From Schmidtea polychroa (taxonomy: Eukaryota): a stretch of DNA of 64,000 nucleotides. Position 1 is the first letter of the stretch. Each line of letters opens with the position of its first letter. Below the pieces are notes generated by a model. That model saw only the letters and a list, made by a program, of their open reading frames with translations, had not been told where the DNA came from and ran no database searches. Location: positions 80,538,001 to 80,602,000 of the forward strand of contig CM097885.1 of the NCBI GenBank assembly GCA_044892525.1, written 5' to 3'. Shown in pieces: positions 10,671-25,399 of the stretch. Made by a program: the position numbers and the translations under genes.

Positions 10671-12099
10671 TTTTTTTCAAAGCCCCTTCATATATTTTAT
10701 CATTTTCAACACTGGCTCAGTTTTTTATTTAATCAGCTTCTCCCAATCTCCATTCATGTGCCCACATATTTATGTAATACTTTACTCGCCGTTTTAATGA
10801 TTTCCTCTTGTTTTTCCATATCTATGTAGTCATATGTTCAGATTTCTAACAAAATATAACTCATAATTGTTAGTCTCATATCTCTATCCATTTCTCTTGT
10901 CATAATCCCGGTTATAACCAATCATCACAAAACTCCATATTTTCTTTTACCTGTCTCAACACTACACAAAATCTCTTTTTAATTTTCTTTGCAATTTTTC
11001 TCACGTATTTTTCGTGAAAGGTTTTATGATAATGTTAAACGATATTGTAAAATTTTTATTTTCATTGATAATGACCATTTTTATAAGATATTACAATTAT
11101 TAAGTTTGTTTTTTTATTAAAATTGATTAATAATTGTTTAAATATTTGGGATTTCATATTTTTTTTGACATGATACTAAAATTGAAGTAATAATTTAATT
11201 ATCAATTTAAACATTATTAATAATCCATTTGTAATTTAGCTAAAATAAAGTTTGAAATTTTTAAAATGTTATTCAATTATCAGAGTTTAATTTATGTTCA
11301 TGTAAGTATTTTGCATTATATCTATTTTCACATTAGATTAATAATTTTTAATTAATTTAACTTTATAGTGAATTTAAAAATTGACTTATTGATAATAATT
11401 ATGTTTATGAATACATGTGATCCACGAAATTGATAAATTTCCATAACATGTTACGTCATTGCTAGAGTAAATTATCGATACTTTATTATTTATATATAAA
11501 ATCTACATTTCTATTTGTATATAAATATTAGAAAGAGACAATTATTGGCTAAATATTATTGGATCTCTGCCGATAAGCAAGGAAGAGTATTTTGGGACTA
11601 GACTTGTGCTTTGAAAGCAGTTCATATTAAGTACGATTTTACGTAATATTTACTATTTAGAATAGTGATATTTTAATTATGTTTAATTTTAAAAAGATAG
11701 TAAGCAGAATTTTATGAATATGACTAAAATAAATGTATTAAATGGCCGTTTACAGTATTTCGAAGAAATTTAAGTGCGTTTAATTTCTTGTGTAATCCAC
11801 ATAGTCTTTTTCATCTATTAGTATGACTTTTGCATTTAATAGTGTTAATATGTCATTTCATGATATTATATTTTCTATGGCTTTTCATATAATTATAGCT
11901 TAGTTGAAGTATAATATAAAATGACCCTAGTGAATATAAAGGGTCAAACAAGGGAGAATAAGAGACTATATTTATTATACTATAATTACTAACGAATTAC
12001 TCCCCCCCCCCCCCCCATGTATTAATATTTGCATTTTACTCCTTTGGATAATATAAATCTTTGATACAATCAATAAAAATATCAAATTGATCTAAATTG

Positions 12100-12720
12100 T
12101 TATTTGCGTGTCGACACCTGAGAAATTCACTTATATGGTTTTCTATATTATCGTGACGAATACCAGTTGTTAACTTTCTTTTCAGTGTTCTCCAAAGAGA
12201 TTCTATTGTTTGAGTATTTGCACCAGTTTCACTGGAACTTTAACTATCAACAAATTATTCAGAATGATTAACAGTAAAATGTTCAAAACCAAGTTCACTC
12301 AATCAATAATATGCTCGTCACTTAATGTATTTTGCTTCATCAATTTGTAATACAACTCCTTCACCACCAATTTTTCTCTTGGATTGATAATTAATACACC
12401 TCTGAACAGTAACATCTCTACATTAGCTTAACAAATCTGTAACTGTTTCACTTGATGTTTTTCCTGGAACTCATGTTTCTCAAATAATCACTTCATAATT
12501 AATTATTCCAAAGGGAAACAAATAAGTTATTAACATGACTCGATCAATTGTAATTTAGTATTGATGGAAACATTTTTATCGTGAGCAATTGATTTTTTTT
12601 CCCAGCATATATATTCAATTGAACCTCATTCATCTCTTAAACGAAATTTCATCTCATCATCACAAACAAGACAATTTGGCATTTCTTTATAAGCTCGCTC
12701 TTTTTCGATTAAAAAAGCAA
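12100..12720 (-). pseudogene. Merlin (IS1595-like) transposase remnant, internally deleted
   Basis: MPNCLVCDDEM zinc-ribbon start, KIGGEGVVLQIDE, GFEHFTVNHSE.FVD, GANTQTIESLWRTLKRK. Confidence 0.8.
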
Positions 12721-12953
12721 CTAATTTTTCTTCTCAAAATTTTTTATTAATAACCTAACCTAAACTAAAATAAAATAAAGTTTTAAATATTTTTTATAAC
12801 CATATGTGAAAAGAAGTCCTGCAATGTTATAAATATGTATTAACTTTCAAAGTAAATTATTAAAATCCTGAATTTCCAATATCTGTTAGAAAATTGTTAA
12901 TATTTCAAAATACTGAAATAAATGTAAAAATACTATATAACCTATTTACTATC

Positions 12954-13436
12954 TACCTTATATACTCCCATATAAGTTGAGAAATTTACGTCTAATTCCA
13001 CTTCGACTTATAGCTGGGTCAAAAAATGTACAACTTAAATTTTTAGGAAATTATTAAATTGGTTATAAATTGTAGTGTTAATTTTTTAATTATACAGTAA
13101 TTTTTTTCATTAAATATTGATTATTGTAATTTATCAATATTTTCAAGCATCATTAACGAACAAATAATAATCTTGACAACATATTATTTCCAATCAGTTT
13201 GTTTTAATCAAAAACTGAACAAAAAAGTGCAGAGGCTCAATTTGAGGATAATGATTACACAGAGGACCATGTTGGAAATGTTTCGGATTAGTTCTACAAT
13301 GAACGTATTGAAGAAGTCAATATTTTTAGCAATAAAATTTTTTTTTACTTTTCTGATTTATACACGAGTTTACAATTTATGACAAAAAAATTGAATCAAA
13401 AATGTCACTTAGACTTATACGCGAGTATATACGGAA
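12954..13436 (+). mobile_element. internally deleted pogo/Tigger-like element (MITE)
   Basis: Degenerate 5' TIR TACCTTATATACTCCCATATAAGTTGAG and 3' TIR GACTTATACGCGAGTATATACGG. Another 3' TIR copy lies at ~49658-49684. Confidence 0.6.
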
Positions 13437-13971
13437 TATATAATAGTACAATAGATGTTTTCTTTTTTCTCCATTATTTAACCATTTAAGTTCTTTCCAA
13501 TTAAAATTCATGTAAATAATTATGTTGAACATTTTCTGTACTTGGTTAGAACTACTTTCGTCTTTACCCCTCGTCGCAAAATATCATAATGTTCTTTCTA
13601 TCACTATGTATCCATCCCAAAGTGATGTTGTTTATGTACACTATTGAATGATCACCAGCTAAATATTAATTTTTGGGTCCATGGGATTATTATTGAAGGT
13701 AGTATCCTGATTTAACCCAGTTTTATATTCATATACTAATGCCCATGACCGCTTAAAGATAAATTAGGCCCACGACAACTCGTCTTCCATAAATAGTCAA
13801 GGCTTCAAACAAAGTTAAATCATAAAGATGATATTAAAAAACATCAAAATAATTCCTAACGTGTCATTTAACTAGTATTTTTTAAATTATTCAACACCGA
13901 AATAAGCAACCTTTATACTGATACCCTTTATTTAATTAACAATTTTTAATTGTTTTTCAAAACTAAGCAAC

Positions 13972-14342
13972 TGTTGGCGCTTACGAAAAAGACAATAAAA
14001 AATGAAAAGAGAATTGGAGTTGATAGCGAGCTTCCGTAAGTACCAACTAAGTACCCATGGTTGTGGTCCTTTTGGAACTTTACTAAGTTGTCGAAAGTAT
14101 AGAGTAGGTGAGCCTCTATGTTAAGACTACTCCGTAGACTTTCTTGGCAGGTTCGTGACTGCCGATAGGATATATTACGTCGATATCTATAATTCAGATA
14201 TCAAGGTCCTCTAACTTCCAAAAAGACCATTTCCTGGAGTGTAGTGAGTCGATGGCGCAACGAGAATATCTAATCTGCGTGATTAATAATTAATGTTGGG
14301 CTAGTACTGATTCCTAGACCCAAAAATCTTGTAAAGGTGACA
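13972..14342 (-). mobile_element. solo-LTR-like element carrying the conserved structured motif
   Basis: Minus strand reads TGTCACC...GCCAACA. Motif at 14044-14182. No matching TSD found. Confidence 0.5.
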
Positions 14343-17144
14343 AAATGTGGTGGTAAAGAACATGCACACATAGCAATAAGTTTAGTTAAATAAAAAACAA
14401 AACATCAAATAAACAATAATAACTAAGAAACTAACAGAAAATCAAAACATCTGAATTAAAAATAAAATCTAACAAATGCAAGAAGTATTACAAGAATATT
14501 GACTCAAACATAACAGAGAACAAACATAAAACAGACTCGAATAAAATCGAAAGATAGTAGAAATACTAAATTCTAGAAAAAATCCAGAACAATCCATAAA
14601 AAAATAACGACATGCTAAAATAAAAATTAACTTTAATTTAATATGGAATGTTCTGGAAATGCCCAAATCCATCATGGAGGCAAATTTAACAAAAAATAAT
14701 TAAAAAATAAAAATTATGGCACTAAAATTGCCATTAAAATCATCAAAATGCAAAATAGAATATTATAGAATTAAAAAGAATTCGAGTTTGTTTTACTTCA
14801 TCAACGCACACACACGTTTTTGCACACACAAAAATAGGTATATATACCGCCACGTTTTAGTCACAAAACACTCTTTATGCCAAAAATTTTTACCATTATT
14901 TCTTCAATTCGAATCGGAAACCATTAGTAAGGATGATATTTTGTTTGTTATAATATTAATGTACTATGATTATGAATATATGTATTCGCTGATAAATTTT
15001 TAAAATTTTCTTTGTTGTATGTAAGGGGGATCAAAATCGATCGAACAATCTTCGGGGTTGATCCGTCTTGAGGTATTCAGGGCACTGCCTGGTACGCATT
15101 TATTTATATTTATGATGCGGGGGCGTCGGACGTCCGACTCAGTGGTATATGCCACTGGGTTCGTCGATAAATACCCTTTGGTACGGCGGAGTTCCTAGAA
15201 CTCGTTGTTATTATTTATATTGCGGTAGTATATTACCGATTTACATAACACTAAGGCTTGTCGTAGTGGACACAGTGTGGCCACGAAGGCAAGCAATCTT
15301 TTGTAATTGACCCTTATTACATGCATAATTCACATACTAATGTCTACATTAAAAATCTACATTAAAAACTACCTTAGGACATTATAAACGGAATAAAACT
15401 CCAGACTCAAATTGATACAGTATTTAGCTAACAAAATGTAGTCGGCTATGCCTAAATTACTGTACACATCAATTCGTGTTTGGAATTCCCCATTGCACAT
15501 ATGCATTCCGAAATAAAAATTTGAATCTGGAAGAAAATTGAACGAGTTGCCAGATACTACAAAATGAGAAAGCTATTTGAATAAATATCGACTTTTCAAC
15601 GTTCAGAAATAATAATTTGGTGATTTATCTAATTACCACATTGAGGTTAAAGGAGCTAAATGTCGTAAATGAAAAATTCATATGAAAGAACAATCATAAC
15701 AATAATATTTCAGTAAAATTTCGAAATGCATATGCGTAACTCAGGATCCATAATTCATTCGGCTAATATCGATTAACTATTAACTCTCCAGTTACAAAAT
15801 TAATAAAGCTCATATTTAAACTTTATATAGTAAACCCCTTCCTATCCATTTATTAACATCTATAATTCTAAATTGCCAATGTCTATAATCGTATATCTGT
15901 TAAGATCGAAAAACGGGGACTACTGATCTCAACACAATGACTCCAATAATTGAATAAATAAATAGATAAATAAAAAATAAAAAATAAATATAAATATGTT
16001 ATATTTAATGTGGTTGCGCGTATAAGTTTAGATTACTGAATTAAGAACAAACTCTTCTCTTTTTTCAAAACTGTATTTGATAATTTACAAAATAATTTAC
16101 AATTATTGTACAAAGAAATAAGATAACGGATTTATTAATCCCTGCTGTTTATCTCAGCCTGCAAGAGATCGATGGCTCCTGTGTAGCACAACGATCGCTA
16201 AATAAATTGGAAAGATGACGGTGAAGTAAGAGGGCTGATTTTGGGGCTACCAGGAAACACCAAAGCCGCTATCTGTGCTTTGTGTTCGCTTTTTAATTCA
16301 ACTTCTCAAGGATAACAATTTATCCTTACACAAACCAAATAATGAATCTTTTTACCTTAACTAAATTAATAGCTTCCTTTTTGTCAAAAATCTGTTTCAA
16401 TTTTCCTCCAGAGATTTTCTTACTGAATCTCTTAAAAACGTTGCTCTCAATTTCTAGCTAAAATTTGCAACAGCTGTCTTTCAATTTCCACTTCTATTTC
16501 AATTGTAAGAACTCTTTTAATTCTGTCGCAAGCTGCTAATGATTAACTCCACGTTTCAATTTTGGCAATACACTTCTCGAGTACTTTGTACTTTTATTTA
16601 TTTATTTTCTTTGTTTTCTTTTCTCGTCCTACGCTTTTCCTTCTCTAAATATTTTCAACTGAAATTTGCGTCTCCAATTTATCCGTCCAAATTATTCTCT
16701 CCTGGTTCTGGTTTTGAACCAGTATTTATAATAAATATTATTTCTTTAATATATAATTAGTAATATTATAATAACTATTTATAGTTACAGTATAAATAAA
16801 TATTACTATATACATCTTATCTAATTATAGTAATTATTTAACTATATTTTATTTTCAGTAATTCTTTATTATTTTTATTTATACCATTTCTAATTATAGT
16901 AATTTTTATTTATTTTACAGTCAAGGCCCCAGGCCTATCCCTAACATATCTATAAATATTAATACTATCTATAAATTATAGATCAAGTAAAAATTTTGTT
17001 ATTTAAATTTTATTAATGAACACTATTGACATATATAATGATGATACTTCATAAATTTGAATCTTATAATTTTATAAATGATCCATATATATTACTCTAC
17101 TTATATTATTCCATATATATTATTCTACCTTTATATACTACTTA

Positions 17145-17311
17145 NNNNNNNNNNNNNNNNNNNNNNNNNNNNNNNNNNNNNNNNNNNNNNNNNNNNNNNN
17201 NNNNNNNNNNNNNNNNNNNNNNNNNNNNNNNNNNNNNNNNNNNNNNNNNNNNNNNNNNNNNNNNNNNNNNNNNNNNNNNNNNNNNNNNNNNNNNNNNNNN
17301 NNNNNNNNNNN
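17145..17311. other. assembly gap
   Basis: N run. Other gaps lie at 27175-27415 and 61279-61418. Confidence 1.
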
Positions 17312-19210
17312 CCCATGTAACCTCATGCGTATGGTAATGCTACTTATATATACTATCAATTCTAATTCATCCTCTTAAATCTTAAAATGTCATAAATGAC
17401 CCCCTCCCCCTCCCTTATAGCCCCATGTATATCTGTAATTATAGTAGTACTACTTATATATACTACTTATGAAACCCAACTTATAATCTTAAATTTTACT
17501 TGTAGATTTGAACTTATGGTTGTGCCCTACCATTCTAAGGATACTTATAATTATGTTAATAGATACCGCCCATATAAATTCAAATTTGCCGTTTTAGATT
17601 ATATACACGACCCCGGATGATGCTCTATATTGGTCATAACGGACACCATAAATTCCAATTTATAATTTTGGCCTATGAATTTCCCCCTTATAAGGTTATA
17701 TATACCTATAATTATTATTAATGACTACCTAGATATGATTTATGAATTTACAAATTTTATGAATAAGCCCTTTGATTCCATAGCAACTCGTGCTTATATC
17801 TACAATTTACTTATAATAATCGAAATTCGGATTTCTAAATTACAGAAGAATAATTGTACACTTTATGAGCCTTGTAATCTTTATTCCCTAAGTTATAACC
17901 ATCCAGAATCTCAGTATCATATTATTAGTACCCTTCGTCATTGTAACATTTATATAAATACTATTCATATAGCGAAATTATTAAACCTATAAAGTCATAA
18001 CATAACTGAGCGGTTAACTTAATAAATTTATAATCTTTATAAATCACCACCCCCCCCCCCCCCAACAGTAGGACAGACAACAATAATAATAACCTGTCAT
18101 ATACATATATGTATTCAACTTATAAGTTATAATTAAAATTGGCTACCCAGGAAATGAAGTACTAAAAATAACATTACCAGATCAAGTATTTAATTAAAGT
18201 CATTTAAATACCCAATACTTTGAATGTTAAAGAAAAATCCAGAAATCCAATTAAATTTATTCAATAACAAAATTGAACAGGGTTAAAATACAAATGTGCA
18301 GTTAACTTAATAGTTGTAATTAAAATTGACCACCCAGAAAATAAAAGTACTAAAAATCATATTAACAGATCACAGTATTTAATTAAAGTCATTCAAATTA
18401 CCAATTGCGTTGAAATGTCAAAGAAAAATCCAAAAATCCAACTAAATTTATTCAATAGTGTAATTGCACAGGGTTAAACATCCGATGAAACATAGTACAT
18501 TGAGAACACAGTGTATGCTGCATCGAGATACGAGAATCCAATGGATGTACAGCATTTGAGGAATTCCCCCGCGTTGTAGCGATATGGGATAAATTCATAA
18601 ATTAGCGCACTACTCCAACGTCAATTGGACATATTTTCCGGGGTGGCTGAGGGTTGTGGCAGAGCCCTGATTCCTAAATAACTTATTAGATCGAGGTTAG
18701 AAGAATAAAAGACCCACTTTAAGTTACACCCTCTTCCTAATATCGGCATCCCCCATCTCCAGGATGTCAATCATCCCTGAGGACTTGGATCTCTGTAGCG
18801 AACCTGGAACCTAAATTATAATTGTAATTATTTCAGAAAATGATTATTACCCTTTTGTTGTTCCTTTTACAACTATGAAAGGATATCAGAATTAAGAGCC
18901 AAAGGTAAATTGCCCATGATGCCGGTTATTGATGAGTTTCCTAATCACATTCCTGCTTCTAATAAATCTAAATCATGCAAATTTATAGAAAATCATAAAT
19001 TACGAGGAAAAGTTGAAAAATTAACATTTATAAATTGTTATATAAACAAACCTGTAATAATCGTAAATAGGTGATTTAATCACCGTGAATTAAATGTTTA
19101 CCCAATTTTTTTGTAAAGAGTAAAAGAATCTGACTAATTAACTTCCACATTAATTTAACTCGCCCGACTTGAGATTGAGTGATGATAACTAAAATTGAAA
19201 TAAGCGGAAT

Positions 19211-19709
19211 TGTAACCGGGAACAGGTCCAACAACAGGTCGAGTGTCTTCAAGCCAGCATCACTAAGTTCAAAGAGCGATGCAAAGATGGAACGGACTTA
19301 GTTTCGCCCCAAGGTCATGCACAAGCGCATGAAACAGATTGAACAATTGCAGCTTCAAAGTGCTCAGGACAAAACCGAAATCCGCACTCTGAAGTTGCAA
19401 ATGCGTGAAATAGAGAAACCTAAATCAGAGAACTATAGACGAGCATGTCACGGCAGCAGTTCGCCCAATGGCTACGGAGCTGGCCGAAATCCGTACGGCC
19501 AAAACCACCAAGTCCAAGCGCAAACGGCTAGGGCGAGACGGAAGAGAACAGTTAAAATGATTATGATTACGCAACCCAAACCACTTCATAAACAAGAAAT
19601 GAACGATATGATTAACTTGCAAATAAAATTGTATTGCTTTAATGCTAGTTTGATGCCTGTTAGTTTATTGAGGTTGAGTGAAAAATTGCGAGTTTTGGGA
19701 AAACAATAG
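19211..19709 (+). pseudogene. 'TWFS' family copy B (5'-truncated, frameshifted)
   Basis: LQASITKFKERCK/MERT*FRPKVMHKRMKQIEQLQLQSAQDKTEIRTLKLQ, where TAG replaces the W codon. Nucleotide homolog of the 28930-29690 copy. Confidence 0.6.
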
Positions 19710-19711
19710 AG

Positions 19712-19947
19712 TCAAGGGACCAAAGCAAAATCGGCCGTATATCTTCTACCGATAGTCTGTGGACCCAAAGAGTACCTGACAATTATAGTGCAAGTGGTGC
19801 GCTCACTTTTTGCGAGTACTCACCCAGTTGATACATTACCAACGATAATCACTCATTGGATATCAATTGGTAGGATCATCATTGTATTCTTGTTTACGCT
19901 GGAAACAACACGAAAGGGTAAGATGTTTGACTACCTGTAACCCACCA
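19712..19947 (+). mobile_element. short LTR-like end downstream of copy B with partial structured motif
   Basis: Colinear with 28930-29160 (inverted) and ends TAACCCACCA. Motif at 19743-19821. Confidence 0.5.
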
Positions 19948-20339
19948 TTAGTATTAAAATTATACTGAGAACTCAAAGCAAAAATCTATTGTTTGACAAC
20001 AAATCAAGTAAAAATACATTCACTTAGTCAGAAATAGATTCATTGCATAATAGTTTCCTATATATAACCTATTTTTTTGTGTGCGAGTTGGTGTGCATTC
20101 ATTAATAAAACAAATTCAAATTATTTATTTTTACTAATTGTGAATTTATGAAATTAACAAATTTTCTAGATTCTTTTATTTTTCTATTAAATTCATTTAA
20201 ATTATATATTCTCATTATTTTTAAATTTTTATATATATTCTCAATTTCATATTATCGCCTTGAATTTGAATATGCTTCAATTGTTATTTATTTTTGTTTA
20301 TTTCCTGTAATACTTCTTGAATTTTTCATTAACTTCATT

Positions 20340-20470
20340 TTGTATGTATGTTTGAATGTTTGTATGAGCCACGTAAATCTTGCGACGTGATTGGATCGAG
20401 CTGAAATTTGGCAGATAGATTCGTCGTCGAGAATAATGCATTCTTTCAAAATTTCAGATCGATGGAAGAT
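20340..20470. mobile_element. possible non-autonomous Helitron/DINE-like fragment
   Basis: TGTATGTATGTTT microsatellite followed by GATCGAGCTGAAATTTGGCAG, a pattern common in such elements. Confidence 0.3.
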
Positions 20471-21249
20471 ACTATAATTAATTTTTTTTTAAATTTTCAA
20501 TTTTATTAATATTTTCAAAATATTCAAATATTCAGAGAAATTTCGTAACTATGTGGTTTTACTCAATATTAAATATTTCATAGCATTGAGCACCCAAATA
20601 TGAAATTTTAATTTTGAGAGATTGTAAGAGTGAGATAGAGTTTTAAAAACTATGTTTACGGTAATTTTTTTCATTTATATGTTAATTTTTCGACACACTA
20701 GTCCAGAATCATTATTTATTTCTGACAAAGTTAGTTTTTACTCAGCATTAGGAATAATCCTAATAAAGACATCGCTTAAAATATTAATAACGAGTGCAAT
20801 TATTATAAAATAAATAATAAGATAAAAATTTACTATTTTATCCACGAATGATGGTTCTTGAAGATGTTGATAATTTTATTTTACGCTCGGTTAAATCGTC
20901 GTAAAATAGAAAAAAGTTAAAGTGAGAATTAAAAAGTGTTTTTGTATATTCCAGACGACTTTTTAGACCTCATTTTTCGTGAATCATAGTTTTTATTAGG
21001 GTAAGTCTACTCGTTTCCATCTTACCCTTGTTTGCAATAATTTCATAGAACCGTTAAAATTATTGGAAAATTGCTGACAAAAAATATAAGATTCAATTTT
21101 TTATTACATTTTATTCATTATCAATGTTATTATTATTATTATTCATCTTTAATGTCTTCAATATTTTTCCATATCATTTACATTTTCCGTATAAATGGCA
21201 TTTTACAATTTTCTCTCATATCATGGAATATTCTACAGCAGAGAGAGGA

Positions 21250-21780
21250 AATCAAGTATTAATTTATAATGGATACGAATCCGTATTATCGTCGTAATAA
21301 TGGTATTATCATGTGGAAATGTAGGTCAAATTGACTTACAAAGTGTTATTTTACTGTCTTAACGGAAGAGAAGAATAGGTTTAATGCCACGATACATGTC
21401 TTCAATAAACTGAAGATAATATTTTGAAAAGTAAAATGGAACAGGCTTTCGCTGAAATAAATACGACCCCAGGAACTTTCATTGGTGGGTTAATTTCGAA
21501 TGTCAGCAACAAAGTACAAGTATATATGCCTAATAAATCTAGTCAAGCGAAGAATTTTTCAAATCATAGGAGATATGGGTATGTCCAAGTTCTACATTTA
21601 TGGATTTTTCGATACCAGAAAAGTACTAAGAATTCTTACACTGGGAAATACAACACTTCAATGAATTGATGATAAAATGTTTGAATATGGAACTTATAAT
21701 AAAGCACCAAACATTTTTTATCAACTGTATACATTGCATGCGAAAATTGGTCAATCTTATCCCCCTGTGCTTATCCTTAT
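21250..21780 (+). pseudogene. Mutator/MULE transposase fragment
   Basis: FLYWCH-like IMWKCR..C, then YGTYNKAPNIFYQLYTLHAKIG (degenerate DGTF..P..FYQLYT.H). Confidence 0.7.
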
Positions 21781-22149
21781 TAACTTTTTCTAATATCTAA
21801 ACTATATATTTTAAATACAAATTCAGCAGCTTGAATATACAAGATATTGCTTATTGATTTCCGTATGCCTTGTTTACTATGACTAAAAAACATATTTGGT
21901 GTAGTTACATATTCTAAATTTTTAACGAAATTACTAATTTGTGATTCTTTATCCATATCGCGAACTTTAACTCATTTTAATTTTCTTTTAAATATTATTT
22001 TTTAATTCAAAAATTAAAACAATTAATTTACCAATCGTATCTTCTTCATTTATCTTATTTCGTAATAATTCGATATTTTATATTAATTTGCGATCACTTT
22101 AATATCGCGATATTGTGTCTTTAAAGCCGTACGGAATATCATTAATTAA

Positions 22150-22435
22150 CCCTTTAGATGCCATAGTCGTGTTAACACGCTCTGTATTTCTGTGCGCGCC
22201 ACGCCGCTCATACAAAATGAGCGTGTAAACTCGCTATACTTCTCATTTGTTTTACTAGCTAAGGTCAAGTATTTTACATAATGTAATATCTTAAACTCGA
22301 AGTGACATCTCTTGAAATGATAAAAAAATTTTTGACTGGACAAATTGTCACTATTATCGACATTATTAAGATCTAAATTGTATTTTTGCCCGAAAATTCT
22401 CGGCCTGTATCTAAAATCTAGCGGCATCTAAAGGG
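22150..22435. mobile_element. piggyBac-type MITE (286 bp)
   Basis: Perfect 13-bp TIR CCCTTTAGATGCC/GGCATCTAAAGGG flanked by TTAA on both sides. Confidence 0.92.
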
Positions 22436-24455
22436 TTAAACATAATTCATCAATTTTGTTAATTGTTTTACTAAAAGCTTTAGGATTTTTTTTCTCGTCC
22501 AATTTTATGTTTGTTCTAGTTCCAGGACCACAAGGTAGCCAGGGATATATATTTAAAATGATGCATTTATTTCAGATTTAACTTTATCTGATATGGAATT
22601 ATATATTCAAGAATTACACGAATATAATTTAATTCTCATTGGAGTCCACAGCCGATATATTTACAAAATGCACTATATTATTTCTCAATTAGAAGTTTCG
22701 TCATGGATCCGGAGGGAACACATCAAAATTGGTTATTCATAAGGGGTTTTTTAAATTAATGCATATGAGGTACCAAAGGCGTCTTTAGAAATTTGTCGCC
22801 CCTGTGCTATAAACTATAATGCACCCCTAAAAAAACAATTTTTACAAAAATATATTATGTTTATTAATAATATTACACATTATTGCATATACATATATTA
22901 AATAATAAATTGTAATAAAAAATATATTCTTTCCACCTTTTATTTCAAAATTAATTCGTAAATGTGGATAACTAGATTATTACAAAATTTTCTCAATTTT
23001 TTAAAGTTTTAAATCTTATAAACAAAAATGTCAAAAAATAATAATTATTTTTGCATATATTTAAAATTTTAATTTATATATTAAACAAATTTTTTTTTCG
23101 ATTTTCTTTAATTTTGTTTTGTTTATAATTTTTCAATTTTTTTTTCAATTTTATCAAATTTATGGCTTTTATAAAATTTACGGCGCCCCCTGTGCTTAGC
23201 ACAGTTAGCACAATGGAAGAGACAGCGTTGGTAGGTACTCTAAACTTACATAAACGATATAAAGACACATCCTCAAATAAAATATCAGAGCACGTAAAGC
23301 TTAAACCATCTCTGTCGATGTGTCAAATGGACAGATGCGCTACGTACATGTTATTAATAAACAGCCTTCACAAACATCAAATACAACAAAGAACGCTGAC
23401 GCTAGTGGTTAGTCAACTGGCGGAGAGTGCTTTAAGTTCAATTCCTATCGTCATTTTGATATTTGTCCTATGTACTACTGTAGTATTTTATTGATTTGTC
23501 CTACATTGAGCCTCTCAACATGTGGCAACTCTAATTATAACCGAGTTAATGTGCACGATATGAAAAGCCACATATATTTAGTCAAAACTGGTAAAGGAAA
23601 GACCAATTTTGCTCCAAGTCATTTCAAAAATCCAGTGCATGTAAAACATGTTCAAATGCTTGGTCGTATCAATACTAATCCTGAGAAGGCAGATGGAATC
23701 GATATTGACGATCTTTATTTTAATAAATTGACTGCGCATTCAAAAATTTAATGTTTGCCCCAAATATTTTGTTTAAATATATTACAAAATCTTTTTCCGG
23801 ATAATTTTTCTTCCGAGGTAATGGACGAATACAAAAAAGGATTATTATCCATAACTTTTATGATAACCTAAATAAATAATACATTAACGAAACAGAAATA
23901 TAAAATATAAGAGATTACACGAAGAGCTATCTATGCTCATGTAAAAAACATACAATGGAATAGAAGATTACTTAAGATATTCGAAAAGACCAGCTAATTT
24001 ACTACAAATAAAATATATACACTTTTGTAATTTTTTGTATTTGAATTTGTATCTTTTAATTCAGTTTTTAGACGTCTAGTTGGTTCTTTTATTTGGAGTT
24101 TTTGAGCAGTCGGAATAATCCAGCTCACTTTTGTCCATATATACCGCCACTGCTGCAACGACTTACGCGCCGACGATTGCCCGCAAGTAATTATTTGATA
24201 TATAGTAATTAAAACTCCAATAATACTAAATTAAAACTTTTATTTTTAAACATTAAAACGTAGTATATATATATAAATTTCAAATTTGCTTCGAATTATT
24301 GCTTCCAATCTTTCATTTAATTTTAAATATTTCGTTTTAGTGGTATTTCGACGTCTGAATCCAGGTTAGTACCTTTCAATGATTATTTCATGGTGATCTT
24401 GTTCTTTAATAAAGTATTCCGTATTCCGACAATCCGCCAAACGACAATTCAGCAA

Positions 24456-25396
24456 GTACGACAATCCACCAAATGACAATCCGCCAACACTAAAACTGAC
24501 ATTTATAAAAAAAAATATTTGTAGGTCATCATATTAAAATTAAAAGTCCTTTGTTGTGTATATCTCAATGGTAAAATTTATCTAATCAATTTTTGAAGAA
24601 AAAGATGATTAAAAAACCCAACAGAATTTGTTTTTATTAAAATTATTTATTTTATCCTTTAACATTTTTAAACACAAATTAATGAAATGAAAAACAAAAA
24701 CCTGTTCATCTAATAACTTATTCTGACAAATGCATAAATCCAGAAACTTCCTGAACATAGGCAAGTTTGTCACCCCATTGAGAATAGTTTTGACACAAAT
24801 GAAGACGTGTCAGTTTCTTCTTCGGTTAAAGTGATCTCCAATATAGAACTGACATCTTCATTCATTAACAAAGTTGGTGGTATCCTTTGGAGATCTTGGT
24901 CAACTTGTGTTGAATTTAAATGTAGATCAACTTGATTGATTTCACTGGACTGGTCCATGTAACCTTGAGCTCCTTTTCCTTTCTTTTGTCGCTTTTTTTT
25001 GCCGGAGATTGTTTTGGACTAAAGATCACTTTTGGTTTTCTTGTACGCTTAAAGGGAAGCGTATCATCCATCTTTTTTAAATGAAAATGTTTAAGTTTAA
25101 GTAAGTTAATTAAGTTTAAGTAATTTTAATATTAACTCGCAAAATGTTAATTAATTATTTGTTGCAATTAAATTGAAAATTAATATTTACCTCTCAGCCA
25201 GTTAAATTGTTTAAATATTTATTTTAAATTTTATATTAAACAATTACTAGTTGAATCTTATCTTTCAGCGGAGAATTTATTATTAAAATTTTAAAAATAT
25301 AATAAATTTAAAATGTATGTATGTTAAAACAAAAATTTATCGACTTTTGGCAGATTGTCGCTTTGGCGGATTGTCGCTTTGGTGGATTGTCGTACA
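24456..25396. mobile_element. non-autonomous MULE-like element with repeated-unit TIRs
   Basis: GTACGACAATCCACCAAA..GACAATCCGCCAA at the left and its inverted copy ending GGTGGATTGTCGTAC at the right. Confidence 0.7.
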
Positions 25397-25399
25397 ACC

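Noticed and set aside
14158-14175. GACTGCCGATAG(G/A)A as a tRNA primer-binding site
   Set aside because: It loosely resembles Ser/Tyr-type PBS but lacks the TGG start and does not directly follow an LTR CA end in any copy.
17400-17416. Polypurine tract of a minus-strand LTR element
   Set aside because: A plausible tract, but no clear TG LTR start or integrase motif, and it is adjacent to a gap.
23380-23540. Degenerate zinc knuckle (CFKFNSYRHFDICP) of a non-LTR ORF1
   Set aside because: The second Cys is absent, spacing is wrong and there is no supporting ORF2.
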